DNA from: Flavobacteriales bacterium
GTDB lineage: Bacteria > Bacteroidota > Bacteroidia > Flavobacteriales_C > GCA-002722245
NCBI GenBank assembly: GCA_038154685.1
Contig: JAYPYW010000002.1
Location: forward strand, 51,070 to 115,069
Length of the DNA stretch: 64,000 nucleotides
Direction of reading: 5' to 3'
Position 1 is the stretch's first letter. Each line of letters begins with the position of its first letter. The notes beneath the pieces were generated by a model. That model was given only the letters and a program-made list of their open reading frames with translations. It made no database searches and was not told the origin of the DNA. Positions 26,523-36,473 of this stretch are shown here, in pieces. Made by a program: the position numbers and the translations under genes.

Positions 26523-27941
26523 ATGAAAATTTCATTTTATAAACTATCAATAGGATTAAACTTACTATTAAGTAGTCAAATTGTTTCAGCCCAAACTACA
26601 TTTAATGCTGACGATTCAAATATTCAATATACAGGAAGAATCGATTTTTCTGATCCTTTACAACCAACATATATTTATCCTGGAGTATCTATAAAAGCCA
26701 AATTCAACGGAACGGGTATAAGCGCAATAATTCACGATTACGGAAACGGTACAGATGCAAGAGGAAACTTTTACAAAGTATTAATCGATGGTGATGTTTA
26801 CACTGAGCAAGTAAAAGCAGACAACGGTGAGCAAACCTATGAACTAGCTACTGGGCTAACCGATGGAGACCATACTGTAGAAATAATGAAGATTACAGAA
26901 GGCGCTTCAGGAAAAAGCTCATTTAAAGGTTTTATTGTTGAAGGTGGTTCTGAAAGCTTAATTTCCCCTGATCCACTTCCTAATAAAAGAATAGAGTTTA
27001 TTGGTGATTCTTGGACTTGTGGATTTGGAAACTTGAGCCAGTATTCAACAGGTGCAGCTTCAATGGCTTTTGGTGACTACCATGCAAAAAATGAGGATAA
27101 TTATTACGCTTGGGGACCTATTACAGCAAGAGCTATTAACGCTCAGTACCATATTACTGCAACTTCTGGAAGAGGCTTATACAGGAATAACACAGGATCG
27201 ATGCACAATACAGTTCCAAAGAATTACGACAATACTCATGAAGATGCCTCAACACCATCATGGGACCACACTAATTTCCACCCTGATGTAATTTCTATTC
27301 ATTTAGGAACAAACGATATGGCTCAAGAAGAAGGTGGAGAGGCTTTTAAATTAGATGATGATGCTTTTAAAGCTACTTATGTTGAGTTCATCGATAAACT
27401 AATCAACTACCATCCATGTACTAATATTATTATTTGTTACGGAAACTCTAAATCTGATGCTTGGCCAACTTGGACGAAACAACTTACTCGATTAAGAAAT
27501 ATTGCCAACGACTTAATTTCTTATTATCCAGGTAACGTTACAAAATTAGAGTTACCCTTTACTGCCGAAAAATGGACTGGAGATCCATCGGATGACTGCG
27601 GTTACGGAGATGCATGGCACCCTTCATTATGTAGTCATGAAGAAATGGCTGAAAAGCTAATTAACAAAATTAACTCCATGGATATTAACTGGGGTGAAAC
27701 GGGTTGTCCCGGTGTAAGTACAGAAGAAGTGAATATGAATACTTACAAGGTTTATCCAAATCCAACTTTTGGAAGTCTAAATATTGAGGGTTTAGATAAT
27801 TCCACTAATTGGGAAATATACAATGGTCTTGGACAAGTTCAACTTCAGGGTGTAGGGTCTCAATTAGATGTTAATAGCCTTAAATCAGGAATCTATTTTG
27901 TGAAAGCTGGAAATCAAACTTTAAGATTCATTAAGAAATAG
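26523..27941 (+). CDS. Secreted SGNH/GDSL carbohydrate esterase (CE2-like N-terminal beta-sandwich plus SGNH domain) with a T9SS type-A sorting domain
   Basis: Signal peptide, then a jelly-roll N-terminal domain. SGNH block I IEFIGDSWTCGFGN. Block V DAWHPS. C-terminus YKVYPNPTFGSLNIEGL...GIYFVKAGNQTLRFIKK. Confidence 0.6.
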   Translation: MKISFYKLSIGLNLLLSSQIVSAQTTFNADDSNIQYTGRIDFSDPLQPTYIYPGVSIKAKFNGTGISAIIHDYGNGTDARGNFYKVLIDGDVYTEQVKADNGEQTYELATGLTDGDHTVEIMKITEGASGKSSFKGFIVEGGSESLISPDPLPNKRIEFIGDSWTCGFGNLSQYSTGAASMAFGDYHAKNEDNYYAWGPITARAINAQYHITATSGRGLYRNNTGSMHNTVPKNYDNTHEDASTPSWDHTNFHPDVISIHLGTNDMAQEEGGEAFKLDDDAFKATYVEFIDKLINYHPCTNIIICYGNSKSDAWPTWTKQLTRLRNIANDLISYYPGNVTKLELPFTAEKWTGDPSDDCGYGDAWHPSLCSHEEMAEKLINKINSMDINWGETGCPGVSTEEVNMNTYKVYPNPTFGSLNIEGLDNSTNWEIYNGLGQVQLQGVGSQLDVNSLKSGIYFVKAGNQTLRFIKK

Positions 27942-27960
27942 AATAAAACTCCCTATCGAA

Positions 27961-28326
27961 TTAAGCCTTTGTTCTATTAAGCTTAGCGTTAAAAATCATC
28001 GAGACAATAAACAATGCAAATGGAGGAATAACTCCCACTGCTTCGCCATCACCAATTGAAACGTGTGCGATAATTGCTAATGTTAAATTGATCATGAAAC
28101 CAGCATAAGCCCATTGTCTTAAAGTTTGTGATTTTGGTTGTAACAATAAACCAATTCCTAAAAGTTTAGCAAAAGCCATTGGGTAAATGATGTAAGCTGG
28201 AAATCCAAATACTTCAAACATTTTGATTACATTTTCGTGATCAAAAATGTACATCATTGCACCACCTAAAAGCATTAAAGAAAATAATCCTGATGCTATC
28301 CAAAAAATAATTCTATCTCTTTTCAT
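27961..28326 (-). CDS. DoxX-family membrane protein
   Basis: 121 aa with four TM helices (MLLGGAMMYIF..., AKLLGIGLLLQPKSQTLRQWAYAGFMINLTLAIIAH). Confidence 0.6.
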   Translation of the reverse strand: MKRDRIIFWIASGLFSLMLLGGAMMYIFDHENVIKMFEVFGFPAYIIYPMAFAKLLGIGLLLQPKSQTLRQWAYAGFMINLTLAIIAHVSIGDGEAVGVIPPFALFIVSMIFNAKLNRTKA

Positions 28327-28421
28327 ATCGATTTGTTTTTTAGTTATAAATCAAAAGTGAGAAGATAAATTTGTGTGAAAATTAATCTAGATTAAGAAAC
28401 GATTATGCTTAACTTAACTTT

Positions 28422-28958
28422 ATGGCTGAAGAGAAATTAATTGATGCATTCAAGCAATTTAGTTCTAAAGAAAGATCTGTAAAAAAAGGAGAAATATTGC
28501 AGCGTCCAGGTGAAACTGCCCGAAGAGCATTTTACGTTAAAAAAGGCCTTTTAAGGAGTTATACTATTGACGAAAAAGGAAAAGAGCACATTTTTATTTT
28601 CGCGCCTGAAGACTGGTATATCTCCGATATTGATGCTGATGTTCACGATGTTAAAGCAGAGCTATTTATCGATGCAATAGAAGACTCTGAAATTGAAGAA
28701 TTCGATCGAAATTTAATAGACATTAACGACGCCAAAATCACCATACACGATTTTAAAAAATTGATTAAGCGTGTTGCTGTTTTACAAAAAAGAGTAATCA
28801 TGCTTATGAGTGCAACAGCTCAGGAACGATACGAGGACTTTATAAAAACATATCCTTCTATTGTTCAGAGAGCGCCTCAAAAGATGATTGCGTCCTATTT
28901 AGGAATAACACCTGAAGCTTTGAGTAAAATAAGAGGGATAATTGCTAGGAAGAAATAA
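28422..28958 (+). CDS. Crp/Fnr-family transcriptional regulator (cNMP-binding domain plus C-terminal HTH)
   Basis: Beta-roll region (KKGEILQRPGETARRAFYVKKGLLRSY...EHIFIFAPEDWYISD) and C-terminal helix-turn-helix (QKMIASYLGITPEALSKIRG). It is divergent from the DoxX gene. Confidence 0.7.
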   Translation: MAEEKLIDAFKQFSSKERSVKKGEILQRPGETARRAFYVKKGLLRSYTIDEKGKEHIFIFAPEDWYISDIDADVHDVKAELFIDAIEDSEIEEFDRNLIDINDAKITIHDFKKLIKRVAVLQKRVIMLMSATAQERYEDFIKTYPSIVQRAPQKMIASYLGITPEALSKIRGIIARKK

Positions 28959-29032
28959 ACCAGTTTAGCAATTGCTGGTAACTTGCGGGATAACACCTGA
29001 ACGATTCGGCCAAAACTGGCTCCTAAAGAAAC

Positions 29033-30538
29033 CTACTTCTTCACAAACCTTTGAGCAGTCTGATACCCGTAGTTATCAGAAACAACCACAGTATAAACAC
29101 CTTCAGCCAATTTGTTTACATCTAACGTAACCATATTCCCTTCGTGGAAATTCAAACTTAATGAAGATTTTACGATTGCTCCATTAATTCCATAAACCTT
29201 TAAATCATATTGCCCATCCTTTAGTTCATCGGCAACTATATTTATTTGATTTGTTGCCGGACTAGGGAAAACAGTTAACTGAGGTAAAGCAACACTTACT
29301 TTCTTTACATAAATAACATTTGAATATTCAAACGATCCATCAAAATCAACTTGTTTTAAACGGTAAAATCTGTTTGGATCCTCCCCTAAGTTCTCTGAAT
29401 AATTTAACTCAATAGTTGAATTTCCTGCACCTTGAACATAAGTAATAGTTTCCCAATTTATCCCGTCATTGGAGGTTTGAACTTCAAAATAATTGTTGTT
29501 AATTTCCGAAGCGGTAGTCCAATATAAAATTGTTTCTCCATCCACTTCTTTCCCTGAAAACTTAGTTAATTCAACAGGTAAAGCAGTGAGTTTTTCTGTT
29601 GCAAACATCCAGTGCTTATTTCTTAACTGACCTGTTGAACCTACTGTGTAACCATCCGATTCAAAGTCTAATAAAGCATTGGTAGCTGCCGTTTCGTGTC
29701 TTGGAATAAAGGATTCATTTGAATTCATTTCAGCTGTTCGGATATATGTGTTATTACCATGAGTAGTACTATGTCTTGTTATTACAAAACCAGGCTCAAA
29801 CCCAGTGGTGATCTTATCAGGACCACTTCCGTATCCAGGCTCTACTTCGGTAATCGCCCCTTGAAAAGCTAAGTAATGGTAAGTACCCCCATTCGCTATA
29901 CCAGTAGCTGCAGAACTTGCTAAAACTGAAAAACCAATTGCCGAAAACCCATTAAAAATAGTTTCCCCATAAAGGGCGTCACCGTGGCTAAATCTATACG
30001 TACCAGTAGGTCTACCACTAACAGTCCATCTAACGTAATCGGGACTTGTTTCATTATCTGACCAAACCCAAACCATTCCAGGCTCATAACCTAAAAGCAC
30101 ATTTTGTGCAGATGCGGATCCTGTAAATGTTCCTGAATTCACACTTCCATCATCATCGCTAAAAACAACATAATAATAAGTTGTACCACTTACATTTGAT
30201 TTACTTGCTACAGTAAATCCATCTGAATCTAAACTTGATATAAAATCTGATTTAAAGGCGTTTGCAACAGCATCTCCTCCGATAGTATATTTTGCCTGAC
30301 CTGCCGCCATTGTGTTGGATGCAATCCATGTTTGTATTTCACCATTAGATGAACCCCCGGTTGATGGAAGAACTAAAACAGCTGAAGGCTCAACTCCCAG
30401 TCCTGAAATTGATTGTGTTGATGCACCATCTCCAGTGAAGGATCCAGTTAGAATCTGAGCATTAATAACACTTGAAAGTGCTATAAGAACTAATATTAAG
30501 AACCTTTGGCATCGGCTCTTAAAATTAAATTTAGGCAT
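29033..30538 (-). CDS. Secreted hypothetical protein with a T9SS type-A sorting domain
   Basis: Signal peptide (RFLILVLIALSSVINAQ). Gly/Ser/Thr-rich beta-rich body. C-terminus ...LTVFPSPATNQINIV...GVYTVVVSDNYGYQTAQRFVKK. Confidence 0.5.
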   Translation of the reverse strand: MPKFNFKSRCQRFLILVLIALSSVINAQILTGSFTGDGASTQSISGLGVEPSAVLVLPSTGGSSNGEIQTWIASNTMAAGQAKYTIGGDAVANAFKSDFISSLDSDGFTVASKSNVSGTTYYYVVFSDDDGSVNSGTFTGSASAQNVLLGYEPGMVWVWSDNETSPDYVRWTVSGRPTGTYRFSHGDALYGETIFNGFSAIGFSVLASSAATGIANGGTYHYLAFQGAITEVEPGYGSGPDKITTGFEPGFVITRHSTTHGNNTYIRTAEMNSNESFIPRHETAATNALLDFESDGYTVGSTGQLRNKHWMFATEKLTALPVELTKFSGKEVDGETILYWTTASEINNNYFEVQTSNDGINWETITYVQGAGNSTIELNYSENLGEDPNRFYRLKQVDFDGSFEYSNVIYVKKVSVALPQLTVFPSPATNQINIVADELKDGQYDLKVYGINGAIVKSSLSLNFHEGNMVTLDVNKLAEGVYTVVVSDNYGYQTAQRFVKK

Positions 30539-30698
30539 ACATTTAATTTTTTAGGGCGGTGCAAATATCGGCATTTATTACACTTAAATAAAGGTTATTC
30601 ATAGATATTAACCTTGTAATCGTAGAAAAAAATAGAATTTTCATCCTAATAAAACCATTCAGGTTATTACATTTCAAAATATACAACTAAAGTGAAAT

Positions 30699-30902
30699 AT
30701 GAATAAAGGTTTATACAAACACTACAAAGGAGGGGAATATGAGTTGCTAGACGTAGCTATTCACTCCGAAACCCATGAAGAGATGGTTATTTACCGTCCG
30801 CTTTACGGGGAAGGTAAATTGTGGGTTAGACCACTAAAAATGTTTTTTGAAAATGTAGTAGTAAACGGGATCGAAAAACCCCGTTTTGAATATAAAGGTT
30901 AA
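30699..30902 (+). CDS. DUF1653-family small protein
   Basis: 67 aa, MNKGLYKHYKGGEYELLDVAIHSETHEEMVIYRPLYGEGKLWVRPLKMF. It carries the characteristic Y(K/R)HYKGG.Y block of DUF1653. Confidence 0.55.
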   Translation: MNKGLYKHYKGGEYELLDVAIHSETHEEMVIYRPLYGEGKLWVRPLKMFFENVVVNGIEKPRFEYKG

Positions 30903-33136
30903 TATTTTACAACTGAAGTCTTCTTTGAAATTCCATTTGAAATAACTTCCAATAAATACACTCCTGGTGAAAGGTTTGTTGTGCTAACAGTATAATTACT
31001 CGACAAATTATTTTGGGAACTAATTACCTTACCTTCCATATTATATATCATCATATCAAAACTGTTTAGGTCTGTTTGAATAGTAATCTCGCTTTGAAAT
31101 GGATTAGGGAAAATTTTTGTAGAATTAATCATTACTTCCTCTGTATTTACTCCTGAAGCACATCCCTGAATTCTATCATTACGATCCACACAGTAATCTA
31201 AATATTCTCTTTCGGTCCCCCCTGCAATATTGATATCATAAATAGTATCCGAGTGAAGTCCTTCATAATCGATGGAAACCACATAATTACCATCTGGAAG
31301 GTCACCAAACTCATAATATCCATTCTCATCAGTTGTTGTAAAAGCAACTGTTTTACTCGGAGGAATCCTATCCAAAACAACATCTAATCCCGGAATAGGA
31401 TCTGTTCCAAAAGTTTTACCCGTTGCAGAAATATCAGTAATAGTTCCTGAAATCGAATTCGGCCCAGTACCCTTATCAGCTAATTTTCTTGGCACTAACA
31501 AAATTTGCTGGCCGTCACATGAATCCGTTACAACAATTGGATCTGTTTCATCCCATCTTAATGAAGTATCTTGATAACAAGTAACATAATCTGACGCTAA
31601 AACCCTATCTGGAATAACTTTCACCCAATATTCTCTTAAATAAGGAACCTTATCAAACTTAAAATAACCGTTGGCTCCAATAGATGACATTCCAATTGAA
31701 TCTAGTAATGCTTTTGAAGTCATATCTCCGTAGATTTTCACGATACCATTTCTTAGGGTATCTAATCCATCTGCAACAAATCCATCAATAGTAATGGAAT
31801 CACTTGCAAGTGCATTATAAGCTCCTTTCCAAACAGGCACTGTTAATCTTGGTAACTCATTTTTATCAAAAAGGGCTTCAGCAACAATGAAAGAAGAATG
31901 AAATGCTGAGCCACTTGTACATTTTAATCTATAATCTCTTGTACTTGAAGATTTAAAAAATGGTCGCTCGTACCTAGAGTTACCATCTAAAGCAAAAGCA
32001 GAAGCTCTCCAATCACCTAAGCCAATTGAAGCCCCACCATCAAGGTTCCCCAATTTACCACTTCCTGAGTTATAGGTATTGTAATCCACAGTAACATTAG
32101 CACCTAAATTACTGAAGGAAAGAATATCATTGAATTCTTCATTTGTCACAATATTATTCATGAATTCGACATTATCAACGTTACCCATGTACATTGTTTG
32201 TCTTCCAGAAGAATTATTCAAAATTGTATTGTGGTACATTTTTAAATTAGTTGAATGCTGAATGTGTAATGCGAATGTATTCCAGGATCCAATTAATACG
32301 TTATTTATTACCGACATTGGACCTTTGGCTGTACTTTGATCATGACCCATTATCCTTAAACAATATTCTTTGTCTGTTTCAAAATAATTATTCTTCACGA
32401 CAAAAGAACTGTCTACGTCCAAATAAACTCCACTTCTAATATCATTACCAATTACAGAACCCCCATTTATGAATTCCATTTTCAAACCATAATCATAACT
32501 ACTTCCTGAAACTGAATTTCCTTCTACCTTTGATGGACCTTGGTGAGTTGTTCCGTCCCCGCTTATTTTAATCCCAATGCTTCCTCCAATGATTTCATTA
32601 AATGAGTAAACATTATGTCTTTCATTAGATCCTGTCTCATCATCAAAAATAACAACAGCAGAGTTCATAGTACCCCCATCAGGAGCCTCAAAATAGTTAC
32701 GATTAATTGTATTGTAGCTCGCACCATTGGTTAGATTAATCATATTACAATAATTAGTATGAGAACCAATAAAAGAAAGACCAGAAATAGAAACATGCGA
32801 CGCTCCATCCAACTTTATTACATAATTATTTGTGGAGGTATTGGGATGATTAAACTTTACAATATCACCTTCAACCGGTTTTATTGCTACACTATCTCCT
32901 TCTGAATATCCAACTAATGGATCAATAATACAATAATCCGAATAAGTTCCAGCTTTTATTTCAAACTCTACCAACCCATCAGCACCAACAATATTTAGTT
33001 GATCAACAGCGGCTTTTAACGTAGAATATGTTTCTCCTGATCCAATTTTATAAGTTCCTGATAACTGAGCAAAAGTTGATTTTACGGTCAGAAAAATTAA
33101 CAGGGCTAATAACCCTTTTAAAGTTGAAGTTTTCAT
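30899..33136 (-). CDS. Secreted right-handed beta-helix (pectin-lyase-fold) protein with a T9SS type-A sorting domain
   Basis: Signal peptide MKTSTLKGLLALLIFLTVKSTFAQ. Repeated parallel-beta-helix turns (NNVLIGS.., HNTILNN.., MNNIVTNE..). C-terminus ...KIFPNPFQSEITIQ...GVYLLEVISNGISKKTSVVKY. Confidence 0.55.
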   Translation of the reverse strand: MKTSTLKGLLALLIFLTVKSTFAQLSGTYKIGSGETYSTLKAAVDQLNIVGADGLVEFEIKAGTYSDYCIIDPLVGYSEGDSVAIKPVEGDIVKFNHPNTSTNNYVIKLDGASHVSISGLSFIGSHTNYCNMINLTNGASYNTINRNYFEAPDGGTMNSAVVIFDDETGSNERHNVYSFNEIIGGSIGIKISGDGTTHQGPSKVEGNSVSGSSYDYGLKMEFINGGSVIGNDIRSGVYLDVDSSFVVKNNYFETDKEYCLRIMGHDQSTAKGPMSVINNVLIGSWNTFALHIQHSTNLKMYHNTILNNSSGRQTMYMGNVDNVEFMNNIVTNEEFNDILSFSNLGANVTVDYNTYNSGSGKLGNLDGGASIGLGDWRASAFALDGNSRYERPFFKSSSTRDYRLKCTSGSAFHSSFIVAEALFDKNELPRLTVPVWKGAYNALASDSITIDGFVADGLDTLRNGIVKIYGDMTSKALLDSIGMSSIGANGYFKFDKVPYLREYWVKVIPDRVLASDYVTCYQDTSLRWDETDPIVVTDSCDGQQILLVPRKLADKGTGPNSISGTITDISATGKTFGTDPIPGLDVVLDRIPPSKTVAFTTTDENGYYEFGDLPDGNYVVSIDYEGLHSDTIYDINIAGGTEREYLDYCVDRNDRIQGCASGVNTEEVMINSTKIFPNPFQSEITIQTDLNSFDMMIYNMEGKVISSQNNLSSNYTVSTTNLSPGVYLLEVISNGISKKTSVVKY

Positions 33137-33341
33137 AGTGTAAGCAGAGTTGTTTCTTTAAAACGTAATTTACTGTAAAAGGTTCTCCAAAACTGTGCCG
33201 TATTTAGATATGACTTCTTACTTATGCTTCAATTTGATCGTTTTTGTTTTTTTACTACCACAGATTATCGCTGATGACATTATAACCTTCGGGCGGAAGA
33301 TGTTCCGCACCTACAAAAGAATTCAAAAAATCCCTGATAAA

Positions 33342-34241
33342 TTAAGCAACCAAACTCTTGCGAAAGTTATTCGGGCTCAATCCAACCTGTTTTTTAAAAA
33401 ACTTTGAAAATGAGGCTGCATCACTATACCCTAATTCATAGGACAGTTCTTCAACTGTTTTATTGGTATGAGCAAACTGGCGTTTCGCTTCTAATGCAAT
33501 TCTATCATTAATCACTTGCAATGGTGATTTATCGTTGTATTGTTTGAAAAGATTAGATAAAGTTTTAGGCGACTTAAATAATAAATCAGCGTAATCTTGA
33601 ACCTGATGTTTCTCCTTAAAATTTTGCTCTACTAGTACGTTAAACCTTCTAATCAAATCTAATTTAGTTTGAGGCATTTCAGGATTTTCCATCTTCTCTT
33701 TAATCAATCGAGAAGATTTAATAAGCATCCTCTTTAGGAGCATTTGAAGCATCTCACCTTGAATGTGATCGTGGTAATTAAATTCTTCTTTAAAAACCTC
33801 CATTAACAACCCAAAACTTCTTTGATCATCCTCACATAATGTAATAATTGGTGGTTCTGGTGAACCGTAGAAAAGTTGTCCGTAACAAGAAACTTCATGA
33901 TCATGAGTATTAATACAATAAAACTCCTTGTTAAAAGAAAATGAAATTAATTCATGATTATCGCTAACAACCTCAACATGGTTATGAGGGGTAAAGAAAA
34001 TCATCTGATTCTTATTTACTTGGATTGGAACAGTATCAACCACAAAGGATGCCGTTTCTCCCCTAACCCAAACAATTCTGTAAAGGTTTTCGGAATACAT
34101 TTTCGAATTCTCAACCGGACAGGTAAAGTCGCTGAAATGAAACACGCCGTTCTCAACCGAATCTTCAAATTTCAAAATCATATGCGCAATATAAGTCTTT
34201 ATCCAATTTAGTACATATAGATTCTCACGATAGTCATTCAA
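33342..34241 (-). CDS. AraC-family transcriptional regulator
   Basis: C-terminal double HTH (VEELSYELGYSDAASFSKFFKKQVGLSPNNFRK). N-terminal ligand-binding/cupin-like domain. Confidence 0.75.
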   Translation of the reverse strand: MNDYRENLYVLNWIKTYIAHMILKFEDSVENGVFHFSDFTCPVENSKMYSENLYRIVWVRGETASFVVDTVPIQVNKNQMIFFTPHNHVEVVSDNHELISFSFNKEFYCINTHDHEVSCYGQLFYGSPEPPIITLCEDDQRSFGLLMEVFKEEFNYHDHIQGEMLQMLLKRMLIKSSRLIKEKMENPEMPQTKLDLIRRFNVLVEQNFKEKHQVQDYADLLFKSPKTLSNLFKQYNDKSPLQVINDRIALEAKRQFAHTNKTVEELSYELGYSDAASFSKFFKKQVGLSPNNFRKSLVA

Positions 34242-34385
34242 TAAACCAAATCAAAGAAATCCATTTTGATTAGTCCAAATGGGTAAATTGTAAAGAAAGG
34301 AAAAACAGACATGTTTTAGGGAAATTACGACTTTATAAATCGCCTTAAAACAACTCAACTTTGTAGAAACTTAAAATATATAAAT

Positions 34386-34631
34386 ATGAGAACAATTGAA
34401 TTATATGGATCGGATTGGTGTGGAGATTGCCGAAGAGCTAAAGCGTTTTTAAATGAAAATAATATTAATTATATCGAGCATGACATCGCTACCAATGAGG
34501 AGGCTGTAATTAAAGTTCAGGAGATTAATAATGGTAAAAGGATTATCCCAACCATTTTGGTGGATGGCATTCCTCATACAAACCCAACGAACACTGAACT
34601 AAAAAAAATCCTTGGGCTTAAAAAAGTCTGA
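34386..34631 (+). CDS. Glutaredoxin-like (NrdH/mycoredoxin-type) small thiol-disulfide protein
   Basis: 81 aa, MRTIELYGSDWCGDCRRAKAFL, with a CxxC active site in a thioredoxin fold. Confidence 0.6.
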   Translation: MRTIELYGSDWCGDCRRAKAFLNENNINYIEHDIATNEEAVIKVQEINNGKRIIPTILVDGIPHTNPTNTELKKILGLKKV

Positions 34632-34658
34632 GTGATATAAGAGGATTTACTTGCGGCA

Positions 34659-35912
34659 TTGAACGTCCAGATATTGAGTGCGGTGATGAATGTGAATATT
34701 AAAAGCAAAGAAATGAACTCAACAAAACTTGAAATAGAGAACAGACATGGAATTAAACTCTCTGCAACAATTGAGTTTCCCTCAAATCAGAAAGCGACGC
34801 ATATTGCTATTTTCTCCCACTGTTTTACCTGTAACAGCAATTTAAATGCGGTTAGAAACATTAACCGCGCTTTGAACAATAAAGGGATTGCAGTTGTAAG
34901 GTTTGATTTCACTGGACTTGGAAGAAGTACTGGTGAGTTTAAAGACAGTCATTTTGAGGCTAATGTTGAAGATCTTTTGGATGTTCATGAATATGTAAAA
35001 CAGCATTATTTTGCACCGCAAATAATAATTGGACACTCGCTAGGAGGTGCAGCGGCTATAGTAGCTTCATCGCTTATTACTGAAGTTGAAGTTGTTTCAA
35101 CAATAGGCGCTCCTGCTGACATAGAACACACTACAAAACACTTTAAAGATCAGTTAGGAGAATTAAAAGAAAACGGACAAGTTCAGGTTCAAATTGGTGG
35201 ACGTGATTTTACTGTAAATCAAAAATTTGTAGACGGATTTAAAAAGCATAATCTTCCTCAAATTATTCAAACTTTAAGAAAACCTATTCTGATTTTCCAC
35301 TCACCAGTTGATGAAATTGTTGGGATTCAAAACGCGCAAGCCATTTACGAAAATGCACATCATCCTAAAAGTTTTATTTCCCTTGATAAGGCCGATCATC
35401 TATTATCAAACGAAGAAGATAGTTTGTACATAGGTGATGTTATCGCTTCGTGGGCTAGGAAGTACTTACCTGTAAAAGAAGATACCCGATTAAGTCCTGA
35501 AGAGCACCAATTAGTAGCTGTTTTAAGACCAAAAGAAGATAAGTTCACAACCAGAATCAAAAGTGATAATCATGGATTAATTGCAGATGAACCTACTAGT
35601 GTTGGGGGCAACAATTATGGCATGTCTCCTTACGAATTGGTTTCTTCCGGATTAGCTGCATGTACGGTTATGACGATAAATATGTATGCCAACCGTAAAG
35701 AATGGGATGTGGAAGAGGTGACGGTTTATATCAGTCATTCAAAAGAAAAACGAGAGAAAGGCTTGGTGGATATTTTTAGTAAGGAAATAACGCTACAAGG
35801 TAATCTCGATGAAAAACAAAGAGCAAGATTAATTGAAATTGCATCAAGATGTCCGGTTCATAAAACGCTTTCCGCGGCGTCAATTGTTGAGACGATAGAG
35901 AGATTTTCTTAA
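34659..35912 (+). CDS. Bifunctional alpha/beta-hydrolase and OsmC/Ohr-family fusion protein
   Basis: N-terminal hydrolase with nucleophile elbow GHSLGG. C-terminal about 140 aa with OsmC-like Cys pair context (...GLAACTVMTINMYANRKEW...ASRCPVHKTL). The start may be the Met at 34713. Confidence 0.65.
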   Translation: MNVQILSAVMNVNIKSKEMNSTKLEIENRHGIKLSATIEFPSNQKATHIAIFSHCFTCNSNLNAVRNINRALNNKGIAVVRFDFTGLGRSTGEFKDSHFEANVEDLLDVHEYVKQHYFAPQIIIGHSLGGAAAIVASSLITEVEVVSTIGAPADIEHTTKHFKDQLGELKENGQVQVQIGGRDFTVNQKFVDGFKKHNLPQIIQTLRKPILIFHSPVDEIVGIQNAQAIYENAHHPKSFISLDKADHLLSNEEDSLYIGDVIASWARKYLPVKEDTRLSPEEHQLVAVLRPKEDKFTTRIKSDNHGLIADEPTSVGGNNYGMSPYELVSSGLAACTVMTINMYANRKEWDVEEVTVYISHSKEKREKGLVDIFSKEITLQGNLDEKQRARLIEIASRCPVHKTLSAASIVETIERFS

Positions 35913-35943
35913 TTATTCCTTAAGATTATGATTTTTAAATCGA

Positions 35944-36030
35944 ACCTGTCTGCCGACAGGCAGGCACAGATTAATACAATTTCACAGATTATTCTTTCTG
36001 CGAGATCTGCGCCATCCGCGGGAGAATCAA
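35944..36030. repeat. GC-rich intergenic inverted-repeat element (REP/MITE-like)
   Basis: Sequence acctgtctgccgacaggcagg-CACAGATTAATACAATTTCACAGATTATT-ctttctgcgagatctgcgccatccgcggg. The CACAGATTAATA..CACAGATTATT core recurs at 44433-44461. The cccgcgg(at) arm resembles the 53002 element. Confidence 0.4.
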
Positions 36031-36124
36031 AAAAGGAAAAATGGACATGAAGCCGGGAAGTTTAAACCTTACACAAACGCTTCTTTCTCCCGAACTTTGA
36101 TATGTAATCAAAAACATAAAAGCT

Positions 36125-36442
36125 ATGAAAGAGATAGAAAACATTCAGCAGTTCGCAGAACTGGTTAAACAAAACAAGCCAATAATATTAGACTTTTATG
36201 CAGACTGGTGTGGACCATGTCAAACACTTCTGCCAATAGTTGATGATTTGGCGAAAGAAAACGAAAACTTTGAAATTGTAAAAATCAACGTTGATAACAA
36301 CCAGGAATTAGCTAGTCAGTTCCAAGTAAGAAGTATTCCAGCTTTGTTCTTTATAAAAGATAAAACAGTTGTGGATAGAATACAAGGACTGCAACCTAAA
36401 TCATTCCTCCAAAGCAAAATCAACGAGATTAAAGCAGCATAG
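36125..36442 (+). CDS. trxA: Thioredoxin
   Basis: 105 aa with WCGPC active site (FYADWCGPCQTL). Confidence 0.85.
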   Translation: MKEIENIQQFAELVKQNKPIILDFYADWCGPCQTLLPIVDDLAKENENFEIVKINVDNNQELASQFQVRSIPALFFIKDKTVVDRIQGLQPKSFLQSKINEIKAA

Positions 36443-36445
36443 ATA

Positions 36446-36472
36446 AAGCCTCAGGAAACTGGGGCTTTTTAA
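36446..36472 (+). terminator. Rho-independent terminator after trxA
   Basis: The sequence is agcctcaggaaactggggct followed by ttttaattt. Confidence 0.4.
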
Positions 36473-36473
36473 T

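Noticed and set aside
33195-33407. 70-aa ORF upstream of and overlapping the AraC gene 3' end
   Set aside because: It overlaps the convergent AraC coding end, is hydrophobic and low-complexity, and shows no motif. It is likely spurious.
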